Shown here: positions 29,425 to 40,139 of the stretch, one piece after another
Layout: each line of letters opens with the position of its first letter
How positions within the stretch are numbered: the first letter of the stretch is position 1
Assembly (NCBI GenBank): GCA_003215055.1
Contig: QCKW01000004.1
Span: forward strand, 990 to 64,989
Direction: 5' to 3'
Source of the DNA: Pelagibacteraceae bacterium AG-410-N23
GTDB lineage: Bacteria > Pseudomonadota > Alphaproteobacteria > Pelagibacterales > Pelagibacteraceae
Length of the DNA stretch: 64,000 nt
Program-made: the position numbers and the translations under genes
Notes under the pieces: generated by a model
What the model saw: only the letters and a program-made list of their open reading frames with translations
The model's database searches: none
What the model was told of the DNA's origin: nothing

Positions 29425-30114
29425 CTAAAAATTTTTTTTCACAATAAATAAAAAGACAGGTGCATTGTTTTTATTTTTTTTTACACCCTTAATTATTTTT
29501 ATTGAAATTGAATGACCAAACCACTCTGTAAGTAAATATGGAAAAAAATTTGTTTCGACCCCAAATGGATCCATACTTCCAGAGGATATAACTCCATGTT
29601 GATCAGAGTGTTCTATTATAATAAATCTATCTTTTTTTATTTGATTTAACCAAACATTTAGAGCTTTTTGAGGGTCATAACTTTGATCTAAGGAGTTTGT
29701 ATAAACAAAATCAAAATTATTTATCCACTCTTTCTTTTCATTATGAAAATCATGAACTACTGAATTATCAAAATTAAGTGCTGTATCAGATATATCTGTT
29801 CCTAATACTTTAGAATTTACAATTTCCTTATTAAAGTAATTTTGCTCAAAACCATTTCTTGATCCGTGGCACAATCCTTTTATTTGTTCTGAATCAATAT
29901 TATCTTTTAAAAAATCACTTATAATTTTTAAAGTATTCTCGTCAGCCCAAATTTTATCAATTTTTTGTTTGTTATAAAAAATCTGTGTTTTTTTATATTC
30001 TTCATAGTTTTTATATTTGTGAATTTTAACAAGTACTCCAGTATTATTTATTTTTGATATTCTATATCCAAATATAAATAAAAATTTATTAATGAGGTTT
30101 TTTATTATAATCAC
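29425..30114 (-). CDS. Hypothetical protein, methyltransferase-like fold
   Basis: GLCHGSRNG, GTDIS, FDFVYTNSLD. Confidence 0.55.
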   Translation of the reverse strand: MIIIKNLINKFLFIFGYRISKINNTGVLVKIHKYKNYEEYKKTQIFYNKQKIDKIWADENTLKIISDFLKDNIDSEQIKGLCHGSRNGFEQNYFNKEIVNSKVLGTDISDTALNFDNSVVHDFHNEKKEWINNFDFVYTNSLDQSYDPQKALNVWLNQIKKDRFIIIEHSDQHGVISSGSMDPFGVETNFFPYLLTEWFGHSISIKIIKGVKKNKNNAPVFLFIVKKNF

Positions 30115-30124
30115 AAATTTCTAA

Positions 30125-30514
30125 TCAGTAAGATGTATATTCTTTTATTTCTTTAATTTTTGAACCAGTGTAGTTATTAATCTCAAGTTTAATTTTTGCC
30201 CGATCGTCATTTAAAAAATGAACATCTCTAGATAGTTTGATAAATTTTTCACCAAAATCTTTCTCTTTTTCACACTGTCTTTTATCATCTTCAATAACCC
30301 AAAGCTTAGCATTTATATCTTTAAGAGATAAATAAAGATTATTAATTTTTTCATCAGATTTAATATTTTTTTCTAATTGATCTTTTAAAATTGAATGTTC
30401 GTTGTTGATAAATTTTAACTTTTCAGGATCTTTTATTTTTCCTTGCTTAATCTCTAAAATTGAAATTTTGTCTAAAAGCTCTCCAATTGAAACTTCTACT
30501 ATAATTTTATTCAT
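30125..30514 (-). CDS. DUF6165-like protein
   Basis: VSIGELLDKISILEIK, LWVIED, ND.RA.IK. Confidence 0.75.
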   Translation of the reverse strand: MNKIIVEVSIGELLDKISILEIKQGKIKDPEKLKFINNEHSILKDQLEKNIKSDEKINNLYLSLKDINAKLWVIEDDKRQCEKEKDFGEKFIKLSRDVHFLNDDRAKIKLEINNYTGSKIKEIKEYTSY

Positions 30515-30546
30515 AAAATTTAATACTGTGTTATCTTGTTATAAAT

Positions 30547-31485
30547 ATGTCTAATATTTTAATTATCAAACACGGATCATTAGGAGATATAGCTCAAGCA
30601 AGTGGGGCAATTCAAGATATATCTGAAAATCATAAAAATGATCAGATATTTTTACTTACAACCAAAACTTACTTTGATTTATTTAAGAAAAATCCTTTTA
30701 TTCATGAGGTGATTTTAGATAAGAGATTGCCCAGATATAATCTGATTTATTTATATTTTCTAATGAGAGAATTAAAGAAACATAACTTCTCAAAAGTTTT
30801 TGATCTTCAAAATTCATCTAGAACCAGCTTTTACAAAAATATCCTTTTTCCAAAAGCAGATAAAATAGTCTGGTCGAGCTCAGTGACAACATTACCAACA
30901 GATAAAAACAAGGAAGAATTTGATAAAATTTCAGTACTTGAAAGATTTGATTACCAATTAAAAAAGTCTGGAATTAATACTTCGAACACTTTAAAACCTG
31001 ATTTTATTTGGGCCTCTACTGATATAAGTGAAATAAAAAATTTTTATAAGCTTAATAAATATATTTTATTATTTCCTTTTTGCTCGCCTCACTTAACAAT
31101 TAAAAAATGGCCATATTATAATAATCTTATTAAATTGATTTCAGATAAATATGGTGATGAATATAAAATTGTAATAGCACCAGGTCCTTCTGAGATTAAT
31201 GAAGCAAAAAATATTGAAGCATTAAGTTTATTAGATAATGGTAGAGCTTTAGATATTTCTCAATTAACATCCTTAATAAAAGAAAGTTCATTTGTTGTTG
31301 CGAATGATACAGGTCCTGCACATATTGCAGCTCATGTTGGAGTCAAAGGCCTTACGTTATTTGGTAAACACACAACTGCTTACAAAGTAAGTATTGAAAG
31401 AGAAAATTTTAGAGCTATTGAAGTTAGTGATCTTAATAACCTCAGTGCTGAAAAAGTTTTTGAAAGACTAAATAACTTATTATAA
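30547..31485 (+). CDS. Glycosyltransferase family 9 (LPS heptosyltransferase-like)
   Basis: IKHGSLGDI, DLQ, KKWP, NDTGPAHIAA. Confidence 0.9.
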   Translation: MSNILIIKHGSLGDIAQASGAIQDISENHKNDQIFLLTTKTYFDLFKKNPFIHEVILDKRLPRYNLIYLYFLMRELKKHNFSKVFDLQNSSRTSFYKNILFPKADKIVWSSSVTTLPTDKNKEEFDKISVLERFDYQLKKSGINTSNTLKPDFIWASTDISEIKNFYKLNKYILLFPFCSPHLTIKKWPYYNNLIKLISDKYGDEYKIVIAPGPSEINEAKNIEALSLLDNGRALDISQLTSLIKESSFVVANDTGPAHIAAHVGVKGLTLFGKHTTAYKVSIERENFRAIEVSDLNNLSAEKVFERLNNLL

Positions 31486-32559
31486 AAAATTTTTGTATTC
31501 TTCTATTGTATTCGACCAATTAAATTTAGAAGATAATTCTTTTGCATTTTTTCCAAGTTCTAAATACTTTTTATTTTCAATCATTGAATTGAGTGATGAA
31601 TAGATATCCTCAAGATTATTTCCATCACAAATTAATCCTGTTTTATCATGCTGAATAGCATCAGAAGCACCACCATCTTTACCCCCAAGAGATGCAACAC
31701 CATATTGAGCAGCTTCAACATAAGCAATTCCAAAACCCTCAACAGATTTTTTATGTATGATAGACGGCATGACAAAAATATTGGATTTAGCAACTAAAGC
31801 ATTTTTCAAATCATTCCCTATATCTTTGAAAAACATAACTTGAGTTCCTAAATCAAGTTCTTTAACCAATTCTCTAATATTGTTTTCTTCTTCCCCATAG
31901 CCAATACAAACATAGACAATATCTGGATATATTTGTTTCAAATTTCTTATTGCCATTAAAACTTTTTCATGATTTTTTCTCTTATCAAATCTTGAAACTG
32001 TAATTAATCGAGGTGTTTTTATTTTTAACAAACTTTCAACTTTATCTAATGATTTTTTATTCAGTTCTTTAGCAGGATTAACTCCAGGATTTATCACTAC
32101 TAGCTTTGTTTGTTCGATACCGATATTAATTGCTAATTTTTTTGTATATTCCGAGTTAGCAATTACTTTTTCAACATTATTTAAAATTTTTACTATCTTT
32201 TTGTTTTGAAAGCTTCCTTTAGGATGGTTGATTTCTTTTCCATGAATTAAACAATATTTTTTCTTTGTAGTTTTTATTAATTCTAAACTCTTCCAATGAT
32301 CAGCTATAATTCCTTGAACTTTATTCTCTTTTAAAAACTCATTTATTAATTGAGCTTTTCTTATTTTTCGTAAAAACTTTATTCCTCCAACTCTCTCAAT
32401 TGAAAAATTAACTTCCTTGTCGAATTCTTTGTGATTTTCATAATAATCTGCAAAAACTTTAATCATAAAGTTTTTAGACATTTCTTTAGCAAGACCCCAC
32501 ATTAAGCTTTGCATGCCGCCTACTTCAGGTGGAAAAGATCTTGTTGCGATTAAATACAT
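31480..32559 (-). CDS. Glycosyltransferase family 4
   Basis: FPPEVGG, RFDKRK, EGFGIAYVEA. Confidence 0.9.
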   Translation of the reverse strand: MYLIATRSFPPEVGGMQSLMWGLAKEMSKNFMIKVFADYYENHKEFDKEVNFSIERVGGIKFLRKIRKAQLINEFLKENKVQGIIADHWKSLELIKTTKKKYCLIHGKEINHPKGSFQNKKIVKILNNVEKVIANSEYTKKLAINIGIEQTKLVVINPGVNPAKELNKKSLDKVESLLKIKTPRLITVSRFDKRKNHEKVLMAIRNLKQIYPDIVYVCIGYGEEENNIRELVKELDLGTQVMFFKDIGNDLKNALVAKSNIFVMPSIIHKKSVEGFGIAYVEAAQYGVASLGGKDGGASDAIQHDKTGLICDGNNLEDIYSSLNSMIENKKYLELGKNAKELSSKFNWSNTIEEYKNFL

Positions 32560-33113
32560 TAATTATTTTTCCACTTAATACTGCATCCAGCACTTGGAGT
32601 TTGTTGCTCAGGCCCTTTACCAGTTTCTGAAATTTTTTTCATTGCTTTAAACAAATCACTTTCACCATCTCTTACTGGCACTAGATTTTTAAGCTCTCTT
32701 AATCTACCTCTGTACTGAAGCTCTAATTCTTTATTATAACCAAAGAAATCTGGCGTACACACTGCATCATAAGTTCTAGCAATCTCTTGTGTTTCATCTA
32801 CTAAATAAGGAAAATCAAACTGATTTTTTTTTGCAAACAAGATCATGTTATCAAATGAGTCTTCAGGATAGTTTTCAGCATCATTTGCACATATAGCAAC
32901 TGAATTAACACCTAGATCTTTTAATTTTTTACAATCTTCAACAATATCTTTCGTAACTGCTTTAACATAAGGACAGTGATTACAGATAAACATTATTAGA
33001 GTTCCGTTTTCTCCTTTAACATCGTTTAATGAAATTATTTTATTATCAGTTGATTTAAGCTTAAAGTCGTGTGCCTTTTGGCCGAAATCACATATTGGAG
33101 TTTGTATTGGCAT
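32559..33113 (-). CDS. Thioredoxin-like AhpC/TSA family protein
   Basis: FICNHCPYV, AVCTPDFF, GCSIKW. Confidence 0.9.
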   Translation of the reverse strand: MPIQTPICDFGQKAHDFKLKSTDNKIISLNDVKGENGTLIMFICNHCPYVKAVTKDIVEDCKKLKDLGVNSVAICANDAENYPEDSFDNMILFAKKNQFDFPYLVDETQEIARTYDAVCTPDFFGYNKELELQYRGRLRELKNLVPVRDGESDLFKAMKKISETGKGPEQQTPSAGCSIKWKNN

Positions 33114-33133
33114 AATGTAATAATATATAAATT

Positions 33134-33646
33134 ATGTTTTACGATTTAAAAGATAAAAAACCAAAAAACTCTGGCGAAAATTGGGTAGCACCTAATGCAA
33201 CCATTATAGGTGATGTTACTTTAGAAAAGAATTCTAGTATTTGGTTTAATGCAACCCTAAGAGGAGACATTGAAAATATTCATATAGGTGAGGGGTCAAA
33301 TGTTCAAGATGGTAGTGTTTTACATACTGATCCAGGCTATCCATTAAAAATTGGAAAAAATGTAACTGTGGGTCATATGGTTATGCTTCATGGATGTACG
33401 ATAGGGGACAATAGCTTAATTGGAATTGGTGCAGTGATTCTTAACAATGCTAAAATTGGAAAGAATTGCATCATTGGTGCAAAAGCTTTAATTACAGAAA
33501 ATAAAGATATACCAGATAACTCATTAGTAATAGGTTCACCTGGTAAAGTTGTCCGAGAAGTTACTGAAGAAGAAAAAAAAGCTGTAGCAGAAAACACTCG
33601 ACACTATCAAGATAATTGGAAAAAATATTCTAAATCAATCTTCTAA
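33134..33646 (+). CDS. Gamma carbonic anhydrase family protein
   Basis: Hexapeptide repeats, [17 protein letters not shown]. Confidence 0.9.
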   Translation: MFYDLKDKKPKNSGENWVAPNATIIGDVTLEKNSSIWFNATLRGDIENIHIGEGSNVQDGSVLHTDPGYPLKIGKNVTVGHMVMLHGCTIGDNSLIGIGAVILNNAKIGKNCIIGAKALITENKDIPDNSLVIGSPGKVVREVTEEEKKAVAENTRHYQDNWKKYSKSIF

Positions 33647-33651
33647 TTATA

Positions 33652-34923
33652 ATGAGAATTTTTTTAACTATTTTTGTTATATCTTTATTTCTAAATTCTA
33701 ATAACGTTACTTTTGCTGGTCATGCTAATGAAAAATACTGTTTTAATTGTAGTTATAAATACAAAATCGGTGATAAAGAAAATGATACGTATGAGTTTGA
33801 GTTAGATTTACAAACTACCATCTCCGTTAATTACAGAGATAGTGTCGGAAGAATGCAGACTAAGGATTTATCTAAAATAGTTGAAGAACAGCTTAAAGAT
33901 AAAAAAACTGGTTTAGTTTCTTACATCTTATTTGAAAACAACAAAATTTTAGTTGATCAAAATAGAAAAAGTAAATATCGGGGACCATATCCCTCACACT
34001 CGGTCGGTAAATCTTTAGTATCTTTAGTTACAGGTTATGCTATGTGTGGCGGTTATATAAATCATACAGTTTTTGATAGAATTGATTACCCAACTGTTGC
34101 TGATACTTTATTTGAAAATCAAAAGTTAATAGATTTACTTAACATGCAAGCAGGTGATGACGAAATAATTGGTGATAGGCTCGGTATTTGGGATAGTAGA
34201 ATTACAAAAGATAAACAAAGTATTAACACTATACCTATTAAAAGAGCTATGAAGAAATACTTTAAAGGTAAAGATGGTTTAGAACCTGGTAAGTATTTTA
34301 ACTATAGTGCCATGACAACCAATGTTATTGTGAACTATGTCATTTACAAAACTGGTGATGATTGGGAAAAATTATTACATAAGATATTTATTGAAGACGC
34401 TAAAGTTGCTAAAAGAGTTTATTTTAGTAAGACTTTAATGAAAAATAAAACTGGTAACAGAAAATCAGGTGAATATGGCAGATATTCTTTTTACGCTGAC
34501 AGATACGATTATGTAAGAATTGCTAACTTAATAATGAGTCATTGGAAAAATGATACCTGTGTTGGTAAATACTTAAAGACGATGTATGAAAATAGAGTCG
34601 ATAGACAATATAATGAGTATAGTATGTTTAAAGGGAACCATAGAGTTGCACAAACTTATGGTGGTCAGTTTCTATGGGACGCTATTGGTTTAGAAGATAG
34701 ACCAATTTTAATGATGGATGGTTTTGCTGGCCAACAAGTAGTAATTGATTTTGATAATAACAGAATTATTACTGCTCATTCTACAGATAGACACTACGAC
34801 TATTATAGTTTGATATATTCACAATTAGAACCAGATACATCATACAAACCAAATGAACAATCTGAAAGACCAAAATGTAGAGAATACGTAAACGAAACAC
34901 AATTTATCTTAAGAGAATGTTAA
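33652..34923 (+). CDS. Secreted serine hydrolase, beta-lactamase-related
   Basis: Signal peptide, SVGK (SxxK), LLNMQAG, FNYS. Confidence 0.75.
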   Translation: MRIFLTIFVISLFLNSNNVTFAGHANEKYCFNCSYKYKIGDKENDTYEFELDLQTTISVNYRDSVGRMQTKDLSKIVEEQLKDKKTGLVSYILFENNKILVDQNRKSKYRGPYPSHSVGKSLVSLVTGYAMCGGYINHTVFDRIDYPTVADTLFENQKLIDLLNMQAGDDEIIGDRLGIWDSRITKDKQSINTIPIKRAMKKYFKGKDGLEPGKYFNYSAMTTNVIVNYVIYKTGDDWEKLLHKIFIEDAKVAKRVYFSKTLMKNKTGNRKSGEYGRYSFYADRYDYVRIANLIMSHWKNDTCVGKYLKTMYENRVDRQYNEYSMFKGNHRVAQTYGGQFLWDAIGLEDRPILMMDGFAGQQVVIDFDNNRIITAHSTDRHYDYYSLIYSQLEPDTSYKPNEQSERPKCREYVNETQFILREC

Positions 34924-34940
34924 TTAGTTACCTTTTTTTA

Positions 34941-35540
34941 CTAGGGTACTAACCATTCATTTTTATTATTTTCTAAATCATACTTTGCTCTTCGATGTCC
35001 CTTGGCTGCAAGATAAAGCCACTCAATAGATTTAATTTTACATTTGATAACAGTAAAGTTTTTATAACCTTCTTCACTTTGCTCCATTGTATAATCAAAA
35101 TCTTCTAATTTAGATATCATACCAGAAGTTGGATTTTCTGAGGGAGTTCCAGGAGGGCTATCAGTTAAATAACAACGTCTGCTTATATGCTGAGTTTTTT
35201 TCCAAGACTCTTCTGTTGTTGAATTTTGATTATTAATTTCACATTCTACTTTTACTCTTAATTGAATCTTTTCTTCCTTGTCGTAGAAAACTAGAGAGGC
35301 ATTCTTATTTTTTTTTAAAATATCTACTTTTGGAGATCTTAAATCAGTATGAAATTGTAATAGATTGTTTGCTCTATCTGATTTACGTAAAACAACAATT
35401 CTACCATCTACTTCGTCTTGGTGAGCACATATGAAAACAGGAATTCTAAACGCTGAACCTCTATTGGTTACCGCATCATCTAACATAGACCAATACTTAT
35501 TCTGAATTTCCTCTAAATTTTCATAGTATGCTGGCTGCAT
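34941..35540 (-). CDS. Pyridoxamine 5'-phosphate oxidase-family FMN-binding protein
   Basis: RIVVLR, FHTDLRSPK, IQLR, GHRR. Confidence 0.8.
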   Translation of the reverse strand: MQPAYYENLEEIQNKYWSMLDDAVTNRGSAFRIPVFICAHQDEVDGRIVVLRKSDRANNLLQFHTDLRSPKVDILKKNKNASLVFYDKEEKIQLRVKVECEINNQNSTTEESWKKTQHISRRCYLTDSPPGTPSENPTSGMISKLEDFDYTMEQSEEGYKNFTVIKCKIKSIEWLYLAAKGHRRAKYDLENNKNEWLVP

Positions 35541-35543
35541 ACA

Positions 35544-36413
35544 TTACTTTCTAAATCTTTTAATTAAGCTTGAAGTATCCCAACGGTTTCCACCTAAATC
35601 TTGAATTTCTCCATAAAATTTATCCACAAGTTCTGTTACAGGTAGTAATGAACCATTATTTTTAGCTTCATCCATTGCAATCTTTAAATCTTTTCTCATC
35701 CAGTCTACTGCAAAACCAAAATCAAATTTATCATCAATCATTGTTTTGTATCTATTTTCCATTTGCCAAGATTGAGCAGCTCCTTTTGAAATTACTTCAA
35801 TAACATCTTCCATGTTTAATCCAGCTTTCATACCAAAATTAATTCCCTCAGACAATCCTTGAACAAGGCCTGCTATACAAATTTGATTAACCATCTTAGC
35901 CAATTGTCCACATCCAGCTTTACCAAGGAGCTTCATTTTTTTGCTGTAGCAATCAATTTTATCTTTTGCTTTATCGAAGTCAGCTTGATCTCCACCAATC
36001 ATAACTGTTAACGCGCCATTCTCTGCACCAGCTTGTCCACCTGACACTGGAGCATCTAATGCACCAAATCCGTTTTTCTTTGCGTGCTCATAAATTTCTC
36101 TAGCTATTGTTGCTGATGCTGTGGTGTTATCAATATAAATTGCACCTTTTTTTATTGTTTTAAATGCACCATTGTCACCAAAAGTAACTTCCCTTAAATC
36201 ATTATCGTTTCCAACACATGTAAAGACATACTCTGCATCTTTTGCAGCCTCAGCAGGAGTTTCTGCCATTTTACCTTTGTATTCTTTAATCCATTTTTCT
36301 GCTTTTGATTTTGTTCTGTTAAAAACAGTTACATTGTGACCACCTTTTGATATATAACCAGCCATTGGATAACCCATGACACCAAGACCTATGAAAGCAA
36401 CATTACAACTCAT
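35544..36413 (-). CDS. Beta-hydroxyacid dehydrogenase (3-hydroxyisobutyrate dehydrogenase family)
   Basis: FIGLGVMGYPMA, DAPVSGGQAGA, KMVNQ. Confidence 0.9.
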   Translation of the reverse strand: MSCNVAFIGLGVMGYPMAGYISKGGHNVTVFNRTKSKAEKWIKEYKGKMAETPAEAAKDAEYVFTCVGNDNDLREVTFGDNGAFKTIKKGAIYIDNTTASATIAREIYEHAKKNGFGALDAPVSGGQAGAENGALTVMIGGDQADFDKAKDKIDCYSKKMKLLGKAGCGQLAKMVNQICIAGLVQGLSEGINFGMKAGLNMEDVIEVISKGAAQSWQMENRYKTMIDDKFDFGFAVDWMRKDLKIAMDEAKNNGSLLPVTELVDKFYGEIQDLGGNRWDTSSLIKRFRK

Positions 36414-36421
36414 AATTTTTT

Positions 36422-37630
36422 ATGTTTAATAGTTTAAGTTTAAAAGTAATTATATTTGGATTTATTTTTACATTTTTTTCTAGCTTTGGACAGAGTTTTT
36501 TTTTAGGTCTATTCAATTCCAGCATTAGAGAAACTCTTTCAATTACTCATGGACAATTTGGCTCAATTTATGCTTCTGCAACATTATTAAGTAGTTTTCT
36601 TTTAATTTGGGTTGGAAAAAAAATTGATGATATCAATATTTTTAAATTTGCATTTTACGTAACTTTACTTCTATCTTTTTCTTGTTTTTTCTTTTCAAAG
36701 ATTTCATCAATAACTTTTTTATTTATCGGTGTTTTTTTAATGAGATTTTCTGGACAAGGATTGATGTCTCATACTGCAACAACAACTATTACAAGATATT
36801 TTACGAAATCAAGAGGAAAGGCGCTTAGTATTGGATGGTTTGGTCTTTCAACAGCAGAATTTATTTTACCAGTATTAGTCGTATATTTATTAACAATCAC
36901 TGTTTGGCAAAATATTTGGATATCAATATCTATTTTAATTTTAATCGTTTTACCAATAGCTTCATTTTTTTTAATCAAAAAATTAGATTTTGATACAAGA
37001 GAGCAAGTAGATTCAGGTGATGCTGAAATAAAAGAAATTAAACAATGGAAAAGAATTGAGGTTATAAAAGATTATAGATTTTATATTGTATGTTTAAATA
37101 TGCTTGCAATGCCATGGATTGCAACTGGTGTATTTGTCTATCAGTCATTTATCACAGAAGCTAAAGATTGGGGTTCTTTTGTTATTGCTCAATCCTTCAT
37201 GGTTTATTCAATTTTGTCTGTAGTCACTTTACTAGGATCTGGATTTTTAATTGATAAGTTTACTAGTAGAAGACTTTTAATCTTTATGAATATACCATTG
37301 ATGTTTTCTACATTAGTTTTGTTTTACTTTGATAATCCAATTACTTCATTTATTTTCCTTGGCTTAATTGGGATTTCAAATGGTTTGGCAAATGTTTTAG
37401 GTTCCTCTACATGGGCTGAAATATACGGTGTTAAATTTATTGGATCAATTAAAGCTTTAACTACAGCTTTAATGGTTTTCTCTACCGCTTTTGGAACAGC
37501 TTTATTTGGTTTTTTGATAGATAAGGGTTTTTCTATCGAGCAAATTGCTTTAGTGTCATTTATCTATATTCTGATCTCTTTAGTTTTACTATTTTTTGTG
37601 AGAAAGAGGCTAAATCCACAATATATCTAA
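36422..37630 (+). CDS. MFS transporter
   Basis: About 12 hydrophobic segments; GKKIDD and GFLIDKF loop motifs. Confidence 0.85.
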   Translation: MFNSLSLKVIIFGFIFTFFSSFGQSFFLGLFNSSIRETLSITHGQFGSIYASATLLSSFLLIWVGKKIDDINIFKFAFYVTLLLSFSCFFFSKISSITFLFIGVFLMRFSGQGLMSHTATTTITRYFTKSRGKALSIGWFGLSTAEFILPVLVVYLLTITVWQNIWISISILILIVLPIASFFLIKKLDFDTREQVDSGDAEIKEIKQWKRIEVIKDYRFYIVCLNMLAMPWIATGVFVYQSFITEAKDWGSFVIAQSFMVYSILSVVTLLGSGFLIDKFTSRRLLIFMNIPLMFSTLVLFYFDNPITSFIFLGLIGISNGLANVLGSSTWAEIYGVKFIGSIKALTTALMVFSTAFGTALFGFLIDKGFSIEQIALVSFIYILISLVLLFFVRKRLNPQYI

Positions 37631-37672
37631 AAATCTCTTGATTTTTTTTTACTCACTGTGTAGATACTCCGC

Positions 37673-38200
37673 ATGGCTAGAGTAACAGTAGAAGATTGCA
37701 TTGACAAAGTTGATAGTCCGTATGAATTAGTTCTTGTGGCAAAAGAAAGAACGACTCAATTGAATTCAGGTGTCGAACCTTCATTAGAGAGAGATAATGA
37801 TAAAAATACAGTAATAGCTCTTAGAGAAATTGCTGAAGAAAACGTAAAAGTAAAAGATTTAGCTGATAGTGCAATTTATAAATTAAGAAAACACATAGAG
37901 CAAGTTGATGATGGATTAGAGGACGATGAAGAAGTTGGAGATGATTTTGAAAATCTATATAAAGGCGAAATTTCAAAAAGTGGAACTCCAATATTACCTT
38001 CAAAAAGAGCAAGAAAGATTCCAGAAAAAATTCAAGTTTCAAAAGATGATTTAGCTGAACTTTCTCAAACAGCAAAGCCAGAAATAGAAACTTCAGATAC
38101 TAACGATATAGAGGAAGATGAGACTGATGTTTCTTTAGAAGAAGTCTCTGAAATTGAAAATAATAAAACTGAAGAAGCAGACACAGAAAACTCTCAATAA
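37673..38200 (+). CDS. rpoZ: RNA polymerase omega subunit
   Basis: [22 protein letters not shown]; acidic tail. Confidence 0.95.
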   Translation: MARVTVEDCIDKVDSPYELVLVAKERTTQLNSGVEPSLERDNDKNTVIALREIAEENVKVKDLADSAIYKLRKHIEQVDDGLEDDEEVGDDFENLYKGEISKSGTPILPSKRARKIPEKIQVSKDDLAELSQTAKPEIETSDTNDIEEDETDVSLEEVSEIENNKTEEADTENSQ

Positions 38201-38207
38201 ATAACTA

Positions 38208-39200
38208 ATGAATAGGAAAGTATCAGTTGCTCCAATGATGGATTGCACAGATCGTCATGAACGATTTTTTTTAAGATTAATATCAAAAAACACTTTTCTC
38301 TATACAGAGATGATTGTTGATGAAGCAATCAACCGTGGAGATAAAAAAAAATTATTAGAATTTAATGTTAATGAAAAACCTGTTGCACTTCAGCTGGGAG
38401 GATCTTCTCCCAAACTTTTAGCTGAAGCAGCAAAAGTAGGTGAGGATTTTGGTTATGATGAAATAAATTTAAATTTGGGTTGTCCAAGTAAAAAAGTAGA
38501 AAAAAATAAGTTTGGTGCATGTCTAATGAAAGAACCAAATCTAGTAGCAGATTGCCTGACAGAAATGCAAAATAAAACTAGATTACCAGTAACAATTAAA
38601 ACTAGAATTGGTTATGATAATGTAGAGGATTACGAAAATTTTTATAATTTTATTTCTAAAATAAAGTCTACTGGGGTAAAAACATTTATTATACATGCAA
38701 GAAAAGCGATGCTTGGAAAATTTACACCAAAACAAAATTTAAATATTCCTCCTTTAAAATATGATTTTGTGTACAATCTTAAGAAAGACTTCCCCAATGA
38801 TGAAATAATTATAAATGGTGGAATTATTTCAACCAATGAAATCAAAGATCATTTAAAAAAAACAGATGGAGTTATGATAGGTAGAGCAGCTTATCATACA
38901 CCTTATCTACTAGCAGATATTGAAAAAGAAATATTTAACAATCATATTGTTCCTAGTAGAGAAGAAGTGATAGAAAATTTGATACCATATATCAAAGATG
39001 AATTAAAAAAAGGAACAAGATTAAACCAAATAATGCGACATACTTTGGGTTTATTTCATGGTCAAACTGGATCAAGTTATTGGAAAAGATACTTAAGTGA
39101 AAACATGTGTGTTCGTAATGCAGATATTCAAAAAGTTGATCATATAATGGATAAAATCAAATTAAATTCCACTCAAAGAATAGTAGGACGATCTGCTTAA
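38208..39200 (+). CDS. dusA: tRNA dihydrouridine synthase A
   Basis: VAPMMDCTDRH, NLNLGCPS, HARKA, IPPLKY, INGG. Confidence 0.92.
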   Translation: MNRKVSVAPMMDCTDRHERFFLRLISKNTFLYTEMIVDEAINRGDKKKLLEFNVNEKPVALQLGGSSPKLLAEAAKVGEDFGYDEINLNLGCPSKKVEKNKFGACLMKEPNLVADCLTEMQNKTRLPVTIKTRIGYDNVEDYENFYNFISKIKSTGVKTFIIHARKAMLGKFTPKQNLNIPPLKYDFVYNLKKDFPNDEIIINGGIISTNEIKDHLKKTDGVMIGRAAYHTPYLLADIEKEIFNNHIVPSREEVIENLIPYIKDELKKGTRLNQIMRHTLGLFHGQTGSSYWKRYLSENMCVRNADIQKVDHIMDKIKLNSTQRIVGRSA

Positions 39201-39237
39201 TACAATTTTTTCTAATCCATATTCTCTTTATATTATA

Positions 39238-40026
39238 TTGATGATTACAACCGCCTTTCCTGTGGGTTTTTTTGCAGGATTATTTGGTATAGGTGGTGGT
39301 TTAATAACAGTTCCATTTCTTTTTTTTATATTTGAAGCATTAGATGTAAATAAAATTTATTTAATGCATTTAGCTGTTGGAACATCTTTTGCAATTATTA
39401 TTCCTACTTCAATGGTATCAGTTTATACTCACAATAAGCATAAGTCTGTAGATCAAAATATTTTAAAGACTTATGGATTGTTTGTGATCATTGGTGTTAT
39501 GCTAGGAACAACATTTGCTGCATTAATGAAGACGAAATCGTTAATTATTTTTTTTACAATAGTTGTATTTATTTTAGGAACATATTTGCTATTAAATTCT
39601 AATGAACAAAAAATTAGCAAAAACAAATTTAAATTACATTTTAGGATTATTTTTGGATTAATTTCAGGCTTTATATCAGCACCGATGGGTATTGGTGGTG
39701 CAGTTATGAATGTTCCGATATTAAAATATTTTGGTTATCCAATTAAAAGAGCGATAGGTAGTGCTGCTGCTATTGGATTTGTTATAGCTCTTTTTGGAGC
39801 AGTTGGATTTTGCTTTTCTGGTTCGCTGTTAAAAACGAATTTACCTCTTAGTATTGGATTTATAAATATTCCAGCTTTTTTAATCTTTATTCCAATAACA
39901 ATGTTGATGGCTCGAGTAGGAGCTAACTATGCCCACAAAATAGATAAAACTAAACTTCAGGTTTTTTTTGGAGTATTTTTATATGTTGTAGGGACGATTT
40001 TTATTTATAGATACTCAGGTTTATAA
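39238..40026 (+). CDS. TauE/SafE family sulfite exporter (start uncertain)
   Basis: Duplicated GLFGIGGG / PMGIGG motifs, AVGTS. Confidence 0.85.
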   Translation: MMITTAFPVGFFAGLFGIGGGLITVPFLFFIFEALDVNKIYLMHLAVGTSFAIIIPTSMVSVYTHNKHKSVDQNILKTYGLFVIIGVMLGTTFAALMKTKSLIIFFTIVVFILGTYLLLNSNEQKISKNKFKLHFRIIFGLISGFISAPMGIGGAVMNVPILKYFGYPIKRAIGSAAAIGFVIALFGAVGFCFSGSLLKTNLPLSIGFINIPAFLIFIPITMLMARVGANYAHKIDKTKLQVFFGVFLYVVGTIFIYRYSGL

Positions 40027-40115
40027 AAAAAAAAGGGTGGCTTCAGTCTCCCTCTACCACCCATGAATTTAAAATATATGATTCTTTAAAAATATAAAAG
40101 CACGCAGTAATTGAA
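40025..40115 (-). ncRNA. Candidate small RNA or terminator element with GC-rich hairpin (5' boundary uncertain)
   Basis: GGGTGG (40035-40040) pairs with CCACCC (40057-40062) around a 16-nt loop; A10 at 40025-40034 gives a U-tract on -. Confidence 0.4.
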
Positions 40116-40139
40116 ATTAATTATTTGAATACAATTTAT

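Noticed and set aside
37900-38200. Long acidic C-terminal extension of RpoZ
   Set aside because: Typical of alphaproteobacterial omega subunits.
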